IMG/VR virus record: IMGVR_UViG_3300042361_000498
Length of the DNA stretch: 64,000 nt
Origin: a virus
Lineage: Duplodnaviria; Caudoviricetes
Direction: 5' to 3' (one strand)
Shown here: one piece after another, positions 1-9,954 of the stretch
Position numbering within the stretch: the stretch's first letter is position 1
How the letters are laid out: each line of letters opens with the position of its first letter
Notes under the pieces: model-generated
What the model was told of the DNA's origin: nothing
The model's input: the letters and a program-made list of their open reading frames with translations, nothing else
Databases searched by the model: none
Position numbers and translations under genes: made by a program

Positions 1-368
1 CAGAGAGAAAAGCTGCAGAATTAGAAGCTGCTGCAAAACAAATAGAAGCGGCAGCATTAGCAGCTGCTAAAATGATTGAAGAAGAATTAAAAAGAAAAAA
101 AGAAGAAGCAAAGAAAGCAATTGAAGATGCAAAAAAAGAAGCAAAGGAGGCATTTCAAAAAGCACTAACCGCAAAAGAACAGGCGGAAGATATGATAGCA
201 AAATTACGTGGATTTAAAATACCCAGATTAAAAAAATTAAAACCCATACCAACAAAAGATTTACCAGCACCTCCTCAATATGCTAAATATATGGATGCTG
301 ATGCAAAACGGGAATACGCCGAAAATGCTAAAAGTTCGGCAACAAAAGGAGAACCACCAATAGTATAA
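1..368 (+). CDS. 5'-truncated coiled-coil protein with Pro/Lys-rich C-terminus (tail/baseplate region, function unknown)
   Basis: The frame of ORF 72..368 stays open back to position 3 (ERKAAELEAAAKQIEAAALAAAKM), so the gene starts before the window; A/E/K-rich heptads. Confidence 0.6.
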   Translation, partial: ERKAAELEAAAKQIEAAALAAAKMIEEELKRKKEEAKKAIEDAKKEAKEAFQKALTAKEQAEDMIAKLRGFKIPRLKKLKPIPTKDLPAPPQYAKYMDADAKREYAENAKSSATKGEPPIV

Positions 369-371
369 ATT

Positions 372-1436
372 ATGTCTTGGGAAATATTTAAACAAAATAT
401 TGTAAGAATTTCAAATAGACCAGGTAGTATACCTGATATAGATACTGTGGCTAGGGCTTATGCAGTTGAATACGATGCTGCAATTAAAAGAGGATTTGAT
501 ACTTTAAATAATATAGCAATTCAGCAAGGTGATGTTGCAACAATGGAAAGATTGTTTAAAATTGCTTTACAAAAAGGATTATCATCAACAGGTCCATATG
601 ATTTAGTTGGTGAAATGGGAAAGGGTGTAATTGCGTATTGGAGTGCACCAGGTGGGCCTGCTAGTATAGCTGATAATGCGGATGGTATTGATGCGGTGGA
701 GGCTGAAGCAATTCAAACCGATATTAATAGAGAATACCCAAAAACTCAATTAGAGTATGAAAGACAGTTTCCATCAAAAGAAGCCGCAATGGCAAATAAT
801 AGTAATGTTTCACCAAAAGAAGCATTAGATTCTGTAAACGATTTTAATAATGAAAAATCCCAAAGTAATGCTGATACTAAATTAGTTGGAAGGGGTGATA
901 CTGCATTATTTAATAAATGTGGAAATGGAATATGGCCTGCATTGGGAACTGCTCCAAATTTTGAAATAAGAAGTATAGAAAATGCTGACTCAGATTGTCC
1001 TAGAAAATGGTACAAAACAAATCAAGAATATCTAACAAAAAATTGTACTCAAATAATGTTTCCAACTGCCAAAGGTAGTTCTAAAATATTAGTTCATAAA
1101 AATTTGGCAGCAATTATAAAACCCGCATTAGAAGAAATAAAAGCAAAAGGATTGCAAAGATATATTGAAAATTGCGGAGGTGGGTTGGCTATTAGAAATG
1201 TAACTTGTGGTACTAGATTATCAAATCATAGTTGGGGAACTGCGATTGATATGAATACGGGAATATACCCATATGGTGTAAAATTTAAATCAGATGGAAT
1301 TTATAGTGGTAAGAAAAAACTTAGAGAACTTAATGAATTTGATAAAGGATTCCAACAAGTAGCAGCAATATTTAAATCAAAAGGAATGACATGGTTAAGT
1401 AATAATGACCCAATGCACGTTTCTATATATGAATAA
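372..1436 (+). CDS. Peptidoglycan hydrolase: helical N-terminal segment plus C-terminal M15 (VanY/Ply500-like) Zn peptidase
   Basis: SNHSWGTAIDMN (SxHxxGxAxD) and DPMH Zn-ligand motifs at the C-terminus. Confidence 0.85.
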   Translation: MSWEIFKQNIVRISNRPGSIPDIDTVARAYAVEYDAAIKRGFDTLNNIAIQQGDVATMERLFKIALQKGLSSTGPYDLVGEMGKGVIAYWSAPGGPASIADNADGIDAVEAEAIQTDINREYPKTQLEYERQFPSKEAAMANNSNVSPKEALDSVNDFNNEKSQSNADTKLVGRGDTALFNKCGNGIWPALGTAPNFEIRSIENADSDCPRKWYKTNQEYLTKNCTQIMFPTAKGSSKILVHKNLAAIIKPALEEIKAKGLQRYIENCGGGLAIRNVTCGTRLSNHSWGTAIDMNTGIYPYGVKFKSDGIYSGKKKLRELNEFDKGFQQVAAIFKSKGMTWLSNNDPMHVSIYE

Positions 1437-1446
1437 TTATTAAGAT

Positions 1447-2283
1447 ATGGGAGCTATAATGAGAAACTTTCCAATACCACTTATACCAGCACCAGGCTCA
1501 ACTGCCAATGTTGCTGTAATAAATAATGTGGTTTTAAGTCCGGGAGTTTGGGGACCACCACAACCATCGGTAGGAGCAAGACAGGGAGATACTTTATCCG
1601 AAGAGGAAAAAGCTGGTGCACAAGAAGATTTGGATGTTGCAAAAAAAGATTTGCAAGAATTTCAAAATGACCCAACACCCGAAGGACAGGCTAAAGCACA
1701 AACTGCAAGAGAACAAATAGCATATCAATCGGAAAGATTGGGAAGTGGTGAGAATGCATCTTCATCGGATGTATCAAATGAACCAAAGCAAGAGATTATA
1801 GCAGATTTGCCACCTGATATGGAAATAGGATTAAAAATAGTTCAATATGCTTTAAGAGATTTAGGAGTAACTGAAAATCCACTACCACCGGGAAAACCTG
1901 AAAATTCCGGTCCAAGAGTTTTACAAATGTTAAAAGGTGTTGGATTTAATACACCCGCATATTGGTGTGCTGCTGCGGTATCTGCTTGGTATAAGAGTGC
2001 TGGTGCAAAATCACCCAATAGTGCATCATGTGATGTTTGGATGAGTTGGGCAAAACGAAATGGATTGTTTAGTAGCAAACCTGCAATTGGAGCAGCTATT
2101 TTATATGGTAGTTCGGCAGATGCACATCACATAGGAATTGTTGAGGCAATAAGTGGGGATAGAGTAACTACAATAGAAGGTAATACTTCTGGTGGTGGTT
2201 TTAGTAGAAACGGAGTAGGTGTATTCCGTAAATCAGCAAGAATTGCAAAAGCAGTTGGATTTGTATTACCAATAAAAAAATAA
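1447..2283 (+). CDS. Peptidoglycan hydrolase with C-terminal CHAP amidase/peptidase domain
   Basis: AYWCAAAVSAW (catalytic Cys), AHHIGIVE (His), IEGNT motif. Confidence 0.85.
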   Translation: MGAIMRNFPIPLIPAPGSTANVAVINNVVLSPGVWGPPQPSVGARQGDTLSEEEKAGAQEDLDVAKKDLQEFQNDPTPEGQAKAQTAREQIAYQSERLGSGENASSSDVSNEPKQEIIADLPPDMEIGLKIVQYALRDLGVTENPLPPGKPENSGPRVLQMLKGVGFNTPAYWCAAAVSAWYKSAGAKSPNSASCDVWMSWAKRNGLFSSKPAIGAAILYGSSADAHHIGIVEAISGDRVTTIEGNTSGGGFSRNGVGVFRKSARIAKAVGFVLPIKK

Positions 2284-2287
2284 TAAA

Positions 2288-3220
2288 ATGTCAGCAGTTA
2301 GACCTACGGATAATACTGGAGTAATAGTTGATGAGTTCATTCGTTATGCAACTCAACATTTAACTACTGTAACCGGCGTTATATCAACAACATCTTTATA
2401 TCCACCTTTGGGTACACCCGGACCGGGTATTATAAATTGGACAGGTTATACAGTTCCCCCAGCAGCACCATCAATACCTATTGGTCAAGTTGATACATCT
2501 GCAATAGAAATGACACCTGAACAAGAAGCAATAGCTGAAAGAGCATCACAAAGGGGAGCTGATTTAAATTCTGCAACCGCAGCTGCACTATCTGGTGTGG
2601 AATATACAGGCGGTTCTTCTGGTGGAGGTGGTGGAGGTGGTAGTGATTCTGGCGGTGTAGTATCTTTATCCGCAGATAAATTGCCGGTTGATGGTGTTGA
2701 AAAAATACCTAATTACAAAACAAGTGTAAAAGTTCCACCCGAAATAGTTGTTGCTATGAGAAAATATGGAGTGGGTAGAAGTCCTTTGGAAAGAGCACAC
2801 TTTTTAGCACAATGTGCTCACGAAAGTGGAGGATTTATTTATAGAGAAGAATTGGCAAGTGGAGCTGCATATGAAGGTAGACGTGATTTGGGTAATACAC
2901 AACCTGGCGATGGTGTACGATATAAAGGTAGGGGATATATTCAATTAACGGGTAGAGCAAACTATACAAAATTTGGACCTGTTGCTGGTGGTGATTTTGT
3001 AGGAAATCCAAGAGTAGTTGCACAGCAATATTATGCTGATACCGCTTGTTTATTTTGGAAATCAAATAGTTTAGGTCCAAAATGTGTTAATTCATCGATT
3101 GATACTATTAAAGTTGTAACTAAAAGAATCAATGGTGGTTATAATGGATTGAACGATAGAGTAAGTAGATTTGCAGTTTATTGGAGAGAATTACAAAGAG
3201 ACCCGACACTTTGGGCATAA
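2288..3220 (+). CDS. Peptidoglycan hydrolase with C-terminal glycoside hydrolase family 19 (lysozyme/chitinase-like) domain
   Basis: AHFLAQCAHESGGF, YEGRRDLGNTQPGDGVRYKGRGYIQLTGRANY and TKRINGGYNGLNDR are typical of phage GH19. Confidence 0.9.
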   Translation: MSAVRPTDNTGVIVDEFIRYATQHLTTVTGVISTTSLYPPLGTPGPGIINWTGYTVPPAAPSIPIGQVDTSAIEMTPEQEAIAERASQRGADLNSATAAALSGVEYTGGSSGGGGGGGSDSGGVVSLSADKLPVDGVEKIPNYKTSVKVPPEIVVAMRKYGVGRSPLERAHFLAQCAHESGGFIYREELASGAAYEGRRDLGNTQPGDGVRYKGRGYIQLTGRANYTKFGPVAGGDFVGNPRVVAQQYYADTACLFWKSNSLGPKCVNSSIDTIKVVTKRINGGYNGLNDRVSRFAVYWRELQRDPTLWA

Positions 3221-3242
3221 ATCCCAAAAATAAACAAATCAA

Positions 3243-3251
3243 ATATTTATA
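3243..3251 (+). promoter_or_regulatory. Putative late promoter motif ATATTTATA (first of about 15 copies)
   Basis: Same motif 18-29 nt upstream of many + strand starts (see findings). Confidence 0.6.
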
Positions 3252-3275
3252 TTAACAACAACGAAAGATAATCAA

Positions 3276-3782
3276 ATGAATACGGATAAATTATTAAAAG
3301 CTATTCAAATTCTTATCAAAGAGGAGTTAAAACAACAACTCCCTGCTTTGATTAAAGAAGGAGTGAAAGCGGAAATGAAAAAGGTTTTAGCGGAAGGAAA
3401 TACTAAACCACAACCTAAAAAAGAAAGTGAAGGATTTTCAATGGCTAAAGCAATATTGGGGAATGATACTATTAAGGAATCGGTTGAAACTAAAGTAGTA
3501 GAAACTAAACAATTTAGTAAAAACCCAATTATTAATCAAATTTTAAATGAAACAAGAGGTGGTATCCCACAAGGTGATGGTGGTTTTAGAACAATGAATT
3601 TTGGACAAGGTGATATGGGGTCTGTTGTAGGTAGAACTGCAGTAGCTGATAAAATGGGATATGGTGATTTAGCTAGAGGACCTCAACCAAGTGGATTAGG
3701 TGTTCAAACTGGGGTGCCTGAATTGGATAAAGCATTGAACAGAGATTATTCAGAATTAGTAAAACGATTTAATAAAAAATAA
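3276..3782 (+). CDS. Hypothetical phage protein
   Basis: 168-aa ORF behind a late-type motif; N-terminus KLLKAIQILIKEE resembles those of the head-associated proteins. Confidence 0.7.
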   Translation: MNTDKLLKAIQILIKEELKQQLPALIKEGVKAEMKKVLAEGNTKPQPKKESEGFSMAKAILGNDTIKESVETKVVETKQFSKNPIINQILNETRGGIPQGDGGFRTMNFGQGDMGSVVGRTAVADKMGYGDLARGPQPSGLGVQTGVPELDKALNRDYSELVKRFNKK

Positions 3783-4204
3783 TGGCAGTATTATTAGGTC
3801 AAAGGATGGTTAAAGATACAATTGCATATAACGATTATGCTATTGGTATTACATTGCCATTACAAATAGGAAATAATGCATTTAATCAATCATTTAAAAC
3901 AATTGACCAAGTAAAAACAAATATTAAAAACCTTTTATTAACAAAAAGAAAAGAAAGAGTAATGCAACCGGAATTGGGTAGTGGCTTACAAGAATTACTT
4001 TTTGATTTTAATGATGACTTTTTAGCTGATGAAATAGAAGAAGTTATTACAAACAGTATGGAAAAGTGGTTGCCATACGTTACTATTGAAGAAATTGATG
4101 TTAGACAGACTGATGAATTTAAGGATACCAATCGTGTTGAAATTTCATTAACATTTAGTATAACAAATAATGTAGGTATGGAGACAGTAACCTTTACAGT
4201 ATAA
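3782..4204 (+). CDS. gp25: Baseplate wedge subunit, T4 gp25/GPW-like
   Basis: NIKNLLLTKRKERVMQPELGSGLQELLFD...WLPYV pattern of the GPW_gp25 family; directly upstream of the baseplate J/gp6-like gene. Confidence 0.85.
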   Translation: MAVLLGQRMVKDTIAYNDYAIGITLPLQIGNNAFNQSFKTIDQVKTNIKNLLLTKRKERVMQPELGSGLQELLFDFNDDFLADEIEEVITNSMEKWLPYVTIEEIDVRQTDEFKDTNRVEISLTFSITNNVGMETVTFTV

Positions 4205-4208
4205 AAAA

Positions 4209-6245
4209 ATGGCATTAACTACAATAAATAAGAATTTTAAAAACAAAGGAAAAGATATAAAATATCTAAATAAAGACTTTGCTGCATTTAGAGAAAACTT
4301 AATTGAATTTTCTAAAACATATTTTCCAAAAACATATTCTGATTTTAATGAAACATCACCTGGTATGATGTTTATTGAATTAGCATCGTATGTTGGTGAT
4401 TCATTATCTTATTATGTAGATGATACTTTAAAAGAATCATTAATGCCATACGCTGAAGATATTCAAAGTGTAATTGCATTATCTCAATTTTTGGGATATA
4501 AACCAAAAGTAACATCTCCAGCAATAACAAATGTATCGGTATATCAATTAATTCCATCAATTGGAAGTGGTGTTAATAACAAACCAGATGAAACATATTT
4601 TCTTAGAATAAAAGAAGGTATGCGATTACAATCTACTGAAAATGATATTTTATTTAGAACAACAGACGTAGTTGATTTTAATGATGAAAACAATAGAGAG
4701 ATTACAATTTACGAAAGAGATGTAAATACTGGAGAACCTACTTTTTATTTGGTTAAAAAATATGTACAAGCAATATCAGCTATCACATCGGAAAGAACAT
4801 TTACGTTTGGAGCATATCAACCATTTCAATCAATAACATTAGATGAAACGAACATTATTCAAATATATGATGTTAGGGATTCGAATGGAAACAAATATTA
4901 TGAAGTTCCATATTTGGGACAAGAAATGGTGTATATTGAACAACCAACAACAGAATCAAATGATGCTGAATTATATCAATTTAAAACAACAGTTCCATAT
5001 ATTCTTAAAACTATAAAAACACCAAGAAGATTTGTAGCAAAAGTAAATCAAAATAGTACAACTACATTACAATTTGGAGCAGGTGACCCATCCGCATCGG
5101 ATGAACAATTAATACCAAATCTTAAAAATGTAGGACTTGGTTTACCAAACTCAATTAGTAGATTGGAAGAATCATTTGACCCAACTAATTTTTTAAAAAC
5201 AAAAACGTATGGAACATCTCCATCAAACACAAGTATTATTGTTAAATATTTTGTAGGTGGTGGTATTAGTTCAAATATAGTTAAAGGTGATTTGACTAGA
5301 ATAGTTGGAATAGAATATGAAGATGATATTGATTCATTTACAAATGCACAAATAGCAACATATAATAGTATTAAAAATTCAGTAGCAGTTGATAACGAAA
5401 TACCCGCAACAGGTGGTAGAGATGGTGAAACTATTGAAGAGATTAGACAAAACGCATTGGCAAACTTTGGTGCACAAAATAGAGCAGTAACTGCAAAAGA
5501 TTATCAAGTTAGAGCATTATCATTACCATCAAAATATGGTGGTGTTGCTAAAGCATTTGCAACTGCAGATGGTACATTGGATAATAATTCACCTGCTTCT
5601 ATATTAGCATCACCAAATCATTTACAAGAGTTTACGGATTTGGTTATGAGTTTTGTTAATAAGCCTGATTCAGAAGAACCAACTATACAATCCGTTAAGC
5701 AAGATATTACAACATATTTAATTGGTAAAGATTCCAACTTAAAGGAAAAAAATAATCCGTTTGCAATTAACCTCTATTTGTTGGGATATGATTTAAACGG
5801 AAATCTTACAAATCTTAATAAAGCAGTAAAAGAAAATCTTAAAACTTATATGAACGAATACCGAATGTTGACAGATGGTGTTAATATAAGTGATGGGTAT
5901 ATTATAAATATTGGTGTTGAGTTTGATATTATCATATATAACAACTACAACAAAAGTGAAGTACTTACTAAATGTATTACTGAATTGAAAGATTATTTTA
6001 ATATAGATAATTGGACATTCAATCAAACAATTAATTTAAGCGAAGTAGAATTACTAATAGCAAACGTTGAAGGTGTATCATCAGTACCAATGATGAAAAT
6101 AACAAATAAATGTGGTGGAAATTATTCACCAAATTCATATAACGTAGATGCTGCAACTAAAGATAAAATTGTATATCCATCGTTAGACCCATCTATTTTT
6201 GAAATTAAGTTTCCGGATTCAGACATTAAAGGACGAGTAAGATAA
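4209..6245 (+). CDS. Baseplate wedge protein, gp6/baseplate-J-like
   Basis: YLNKDF...DFNETSPGMMFIELASYVGD N-terminus; GGRDGETIEEIRQNA and QNRAVTAKDY motifs. Confidence 0.85.
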   Translation: MALTTINKNFKNKGKDIKYLNKDFAAFRENLIEFSKTYFPKTYSDFNETSPGMMFIELASYVGDSLSYYVDDTLKESLMPYAEDIQSVIALSQFLGYKPKVTSPAITNVSVYQLIPSIGSGVNNKPDETYFLRIKEGMRLQSTENDILFRTTDVVDFNDENNREITIYERDVNTGEPTFYLVKKYVQAISAITSERTFTFGAYQPFQSITLDETNIIQIYDVRDSNGNKYYEVPYLGQEMVYIEQPTTESNDAELYQFKTTVPYILKTIKTPRRFVAKVNQNSTTTLQFGAGDPSASDEQLIPNLKNVGLGLPNSISRLEESFDPTNFLKTKTYGTSPSNTSIIVKYFVGGGISSNIVKGDLTRIVGIEYEDDIDSFTNAQIATYNSIKNSVAVDNEIPATGGRDGETIEEIRQNALANFGAQNRAVTAKDYQVRALSLPSKYGGVAKAFATADGTLDNNSPASILASPNHLQEFTDLVMSFVNKPDSEEPTIQSVKQDITTYLIGKDSNLKEKNNPFAINLYLLGYDLNGNLTNLNKAVKENLKTYMNEYRMLTDGVNISDGYIINIGVEFDIIIYNNYNKSEVLTKCITELKDYFNIDNWTFNQTINLSEVELLIANVEGVSSVPMMKITNKCGGNYSPNSYNVDAATKDKIVYPSLDPSIFEIKFPDSDIKGRVR

Positions 6246-7312
6246 TGATATATTTTTTAACAGCATCTAAAGATGCAACATTGTATTTACAGCAACCCAA
6301 TCAAAATACTGGGCTTGATGAGATATTGGAAATAAATAAAGTATATTATGGAAATATAAAAGATATAACCCATGCTTTACTTAAATTTGAAATGGGGTAT
6401 CTATCATCTTCAATTGTAAGTGGTGATGTATCAATGAGTAATGCAACTCTTATTTTGAGAGAAACCGAAAGTAATGAGATACCATTAGATTACACAATAT
6501 TTGCAAATGCATTATCTGGCAGTTGGGAAATGGGTAAAGGTAATCGATTTGATGAAATTGAAACCGCCGGTGTAACTTGGAATTATAGAGATGGTGATAA
6601 TAGTGTTGAATGGTTAGAAAACACTTTTAACACAAACACAACTGCTAGTGTAAATAATGGAACTGGTGGTACTTGGTGGACTAATTATCAGGCATCTCAA
6701 GGATATAGTTATCAAACTGCTGATATTGAAATGGATGTTAAATCTATTTTAAGAGGATGGGTAAGTGGTTCTATTCCAAACGATGGTTTTATTTTAAGGA
6801 GAGATGTTGACAAAGAAAGAGATACAAATGATTACGGTCAACTTAAATTCTTTTCAAAAGAAACGCATACAATTTATCAACCAAAAATTAGAATAGGTTG
6901 GGATGACCAAAAAATTGTAACTGGTTCACTAACCGAATTAACAACCGAAGATATAAAAGTTAGTATATCTAATTTAAAGAAAGAATATAAATTAAATAGT
7001 ATTCCAAAATTAAGAGTGTTGGGTAGAGAATTATATCCATTAAAAACATTTACAAGCACATTTGCATATAATGATGTTAAGTATTTACCCGAAACTACAT
7101 ATTATCAAATAAAAGATTTACATTCAAACGATGTAATAATCCCCTTTTCGGAATATTCAAAAGTAAGTTGTGATTCAATTGGTAACTATATAAATTTAAA
7201 TCTTTCCAATTGGGAGGTTGATAGAAAATATAAAATAGAATTTAAAATAGATAGAGATGGTTCTATTTCTTATTTTGATGATAATATAATATTTGGTGTA
7301 ATTAAGTACTAA
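6245..7312 (+). CDS. Virion structural protein, DNRLRE/CBM96-like beta-sandwich
   Basis: KDATLY...NTG.DEILEI start, W-rich segments, FFSKETHTIYQPKIRIGWDD; baseplate operon. Confidence 0.55.
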   Translation: MIYFLTASKDATLYLQQPNQNTGLDEILEINKVYYGNIKDITHALLKFEMGYLSSSIVSGDVSMSNATLILRETESNEIPLDYTIFANALSGSWEMGKGNRFDEIETAGVTWNYRDGDNSVEWLENTFNTNTTASVNNGTGGTWWTNYQASQGYSYQTADIEMDVKSILRGWVSGSIPNDGFILRRDVDKERDTNDYGQLKFFSKETHTIYQPKIRIGWDDQKIVTGSLTELTTEDIKVSISNLKKEYKLNSIPKLRVLGRELYPLKTFTSTFAYNDVKYLPETTYYQIKDLHSNDVIIPFSEYSKVSCDSIGNYINLNLSNWEVDRKYKIEFKIDRDGSISYFDDNIIFGVIKY

Positions 7313-7313
7313 G

Positions 7314-8402
7314 ATGATAAAAACAGGTTTACAAAATGAAGCAATAATATCCGAACTTTTAGTTAGTGGTTCGCAAATCATTGATACTAAAAATGATTTT
7401 GGAGTTTATATGTTTGAAGATAAAGAAACTTCGGATGGTATTGTATTTGGTAAATTACAAAAACCAAAATATAATGAAACAGAAATAATAAAATCAATTG
7501 ATACAACTATTGTAGAATTATTACCATTAGAAGTACCAAATTTACCAGAAACTGTTCTTAAATTTATCTATGATGCTAAAGTTGCGGAAGTTGCGGATTT
7601 GACGGAAAATATTAGAGAACTAAATACTGAAATATCATCTTTAGAGGGAACTATAAGTGGTTTAGAAACCGAACTTGAGGCAATGAGAATTGATATGGAT
7701 AATAAAGATTTGTTACTTGCGGTTGCGGAAAACAATGCACAACAATCAACAACTAAAGTTCAGAGTTCAATACAAGAATTACAAAACGCTATCCAAAGAG
7801 CAACTGCTGAATCTGTACAAAGAGTTTCGGCATATGCTAGAAATGAATCTTTAAAAGGACAGGTAACACAATATGAAGAGCAGGTAAGTACATCTACAAA
7901 ACAAATAATTTCATTAAATGAATCAATACGTCTGCAAAATAATACCATTTTTGAAAAGGATAGTGCAATAGATGCATTAAGTAGAGATAACTCCGCACTT
8001 CAAACAAATTTAATAAGAAGTACTACCGCCAATAAGAAGGGAAAAATTATTTGTAACATGCTTTATGAGCAAGGATTTATACCTCAACACATATGGGCAG
8101 CAGATGAGGCATTTGGTGAGATGATGTTGAAAGAAAATAGACACGTTGCTATGGGTTACTTAATGTGGGCACAATCTGTTGTGGATTATTTTACTAAAAA
8201 CTCACAATATTCTAAGTATCTATATGTAGCAGTTAAACCTTGGTCAGAACATATGGCACACATAATGGGTGTATTACCAAACGATAATTTAATTGGTAAA
8301 GGATTGCACTTTGTAGGTTGCCAATATTCATTGATTATTTATAATGTAGTTAAATTAAAAAGAAAATATAAAAAGAAAAAATTATCATTGGGATGGCTAT
8401 AA
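7314..8402 (+). CDS. Coiled-coil virion protein with a distinct C-terminal GKIIC module
   Basis: Central heptad region (approx. aa 90-240), then a globular Cys/Trp/His-containing domain. Confidence 0.6.
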   Translation: MIKTGLQNEAIISELLVSGSQIIDTKNDFGVYMFEDKETSDGIVFGKLQKPKYNETEIIKSIDTTIVELLPLEVPNLPETVLKFIYDAKVAEVADLTENIRELNTEISSLEGTISGLETELEAMRIDMDNKDLLLAVAENNAQQSTTKVQSSIQELQNAIQRATAESVQRVSAYARNESLKGQVTQYEEQVSTSTKQIISLNESIRLQNNTIFEKDSAIDALSRDNSALQTNLIRSTTANKKGKIICNMLYEQGFIPQHIWAADEAFGEMMLKENRHVAMGYLMWAQSVVDYFTKNSQYSKYLYVAVKPWSEHMAHIMGVLPNDNLIGKGLHFVGCQYSLIIYNVVKLKRKYKKKKLSLGWL

Positions 8403-9901
8403 GAACATTTAAAGAGATTATAGATAATAAAGGATATCGTATTGAAGCCAGAGATAGAGAAATTTTTGAGCAGGGAAACCTACAATCTTTTTTTGGATTA
8501 GGTGACCAAGATGCTATTGAGTTTATTATGTACGATACAAATGATAATCAACTTCCTCAAAAAAATGGAAATTTGGTTACATATGTTACACTATCAACCC
8601 AAAACATAAAAGATTACATACTATTACCAGAAGGTACTATATTCCAAAGATATCAGTTTCCAAAAGAATATTTTGTAGATATTGAACGATTGATTAAAGA
8701 AGCTGGATACGATAGTGGTATTTTTAAAACTCAAATAACTTTAATAAATAAAAGAGTTGGTAGTGAGCAAAAATACAATAAACTTTGGATAAATGAAATA
8801 TCACCATCAAGAACTGAAATTAGATTAGTTCCATTAAAAAAAGGATTAGAAACTAATCCAGAATTAAGAGAACGATTTAATTTAATGATAAGAGATGGTA
8901 ATTTTAGAGATGATACTATATATTTTGTATTTAAATTTATTGAAAATATAACTCCTACAAAAATATCATCTTATATGAGAGATAGATATTCAGAGAAATT
9001 TTTAGTTAGATTAAAAACAGAATTTAAAATACAGGATTTTGAAACATTTGTAAGTAGAGTATATGATACATTTGTAGAATCTTCTGCCTATGAATTTACA
9101 AATAGAATATCTGAATTAAATAATGTAAACTATGGAAAACCAAAAAATAGTAGACCTTCAATTGAATTAACTAAAAGTACCATTGTATCAATTTGTCAAA
9201 GATTATTAATAGCATCTTTAGATTATCATTTGTTAAGACCTGATGTTAAAACAACAACTACATTTGATGCAGGTAATGATGCTAGTTATGATGAAGTGGG
9301 TAAAGTTTTACAAAGATTAAATTCAGATACTAGAATTGATACAAGAAGTCCTATTATTGAATTAGTAAAGCAATCTCCACCAGTACTTACGCCTGTTCAA
9401 GAAAAAATACGAATTGTAATTAGAAAGGAAACTCCTATTGATAAAACACTTCCAATATCAACACCTGTTGATTTTCCGGTCGTAGAACCCGAACCACCAA
9501 GACAAGAACCTGAAGTTATTGTAATGAGAAAATATATGGTTTCTAATTTGGCAAGACAAAGAGATGGGGCTGGTCAAATGGTAGTTGTTAGATATCAGAA
9601 CGAATTTAAAGATGGTAAACAAATACAATTGCAAGGTGGGGATTCAATTGATATTTGTGCTTTGCAAAATAGTATAAATATTGAAGACCCTGATGTTAGG
9701 ATGATGGTAAAAGATGTAGGTCCTTGTGATAAAGCCTATGAACGAGTATCACCAGCAATCCCTACCGATGAACCTCGTGGAGGCGCAGCCGCTGGAAGCG
9801 GTGGTGGGGGTACGACCGGTGGGGTGATTGGGAGAAATGATAGATTTGAAACTGGTAATACTACATTCTTTGAAGACCCATCCGTACAAAATATGATATA
9901 G
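8393..9901 (+). CDS. Baseplate-region structural protein
   Basis: 502-aa ORF in the baseplate operon; EISPSRTEIRL motif; Cys-containing C-terminal module. Confidence 0.6.
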   Translation: MAIRTFKEIIDNKGYRIEARDREIFEQGNLQSFFGLGDQDAIEFIMYDTNDNQLPQKNGNLVTYVTLSTQNIKDYILLPEGTIFQRYQFPKEYFVDIERLIKEAGYDSGIFKTQITLINKRVGSEQKYNKLWINEISPSRTEIRLVPLKKGLETNPELRERFNLMIRDGNFRDDTIYFVFKFIENITPTKISSYMRDRYSEKFLVRLKTEFKIQDFETFVSRVYDTFVESSAYEFTNRISELNNVNYGKPKNSRPSIELTKSTIVSICQRLLIASLDYHLLRPDVKTTTTFDAGNDASYDEVGKVLQRLNSDTRIDTRSPIIELVKQSPPVLTPVQEKIRIVIRKETPIDKTLPISTPVDFPVVEPEPPRQEPEVIVMRKYMVSNLARQRDGAGQMVVVRYQNEFKDGKQIQLQGGDSIDICALQNSINIEDPDVRMMVKDVGPCDKAYERVSPAIPTDEPRGGAAAGSGGGGTTGGVIGRNDRFETGNTTFFEDPSVQNMI

Positions 9902-9954
9902 GATAATTTAAAATAAAATATTTATAAAATAACAATACAATAATAAAATAATAA

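Noticed and set aside
645-1449. Group I intron reading of the inserts between the split scaffold pieces (upstream segment ends in U, insert ends in G)
   Set aside because: The insert is wholly coding with no room for a ribozyme core, the terminal G is simply the G of the next ATG, and the second junction lacks the U at an in-frame boundary.
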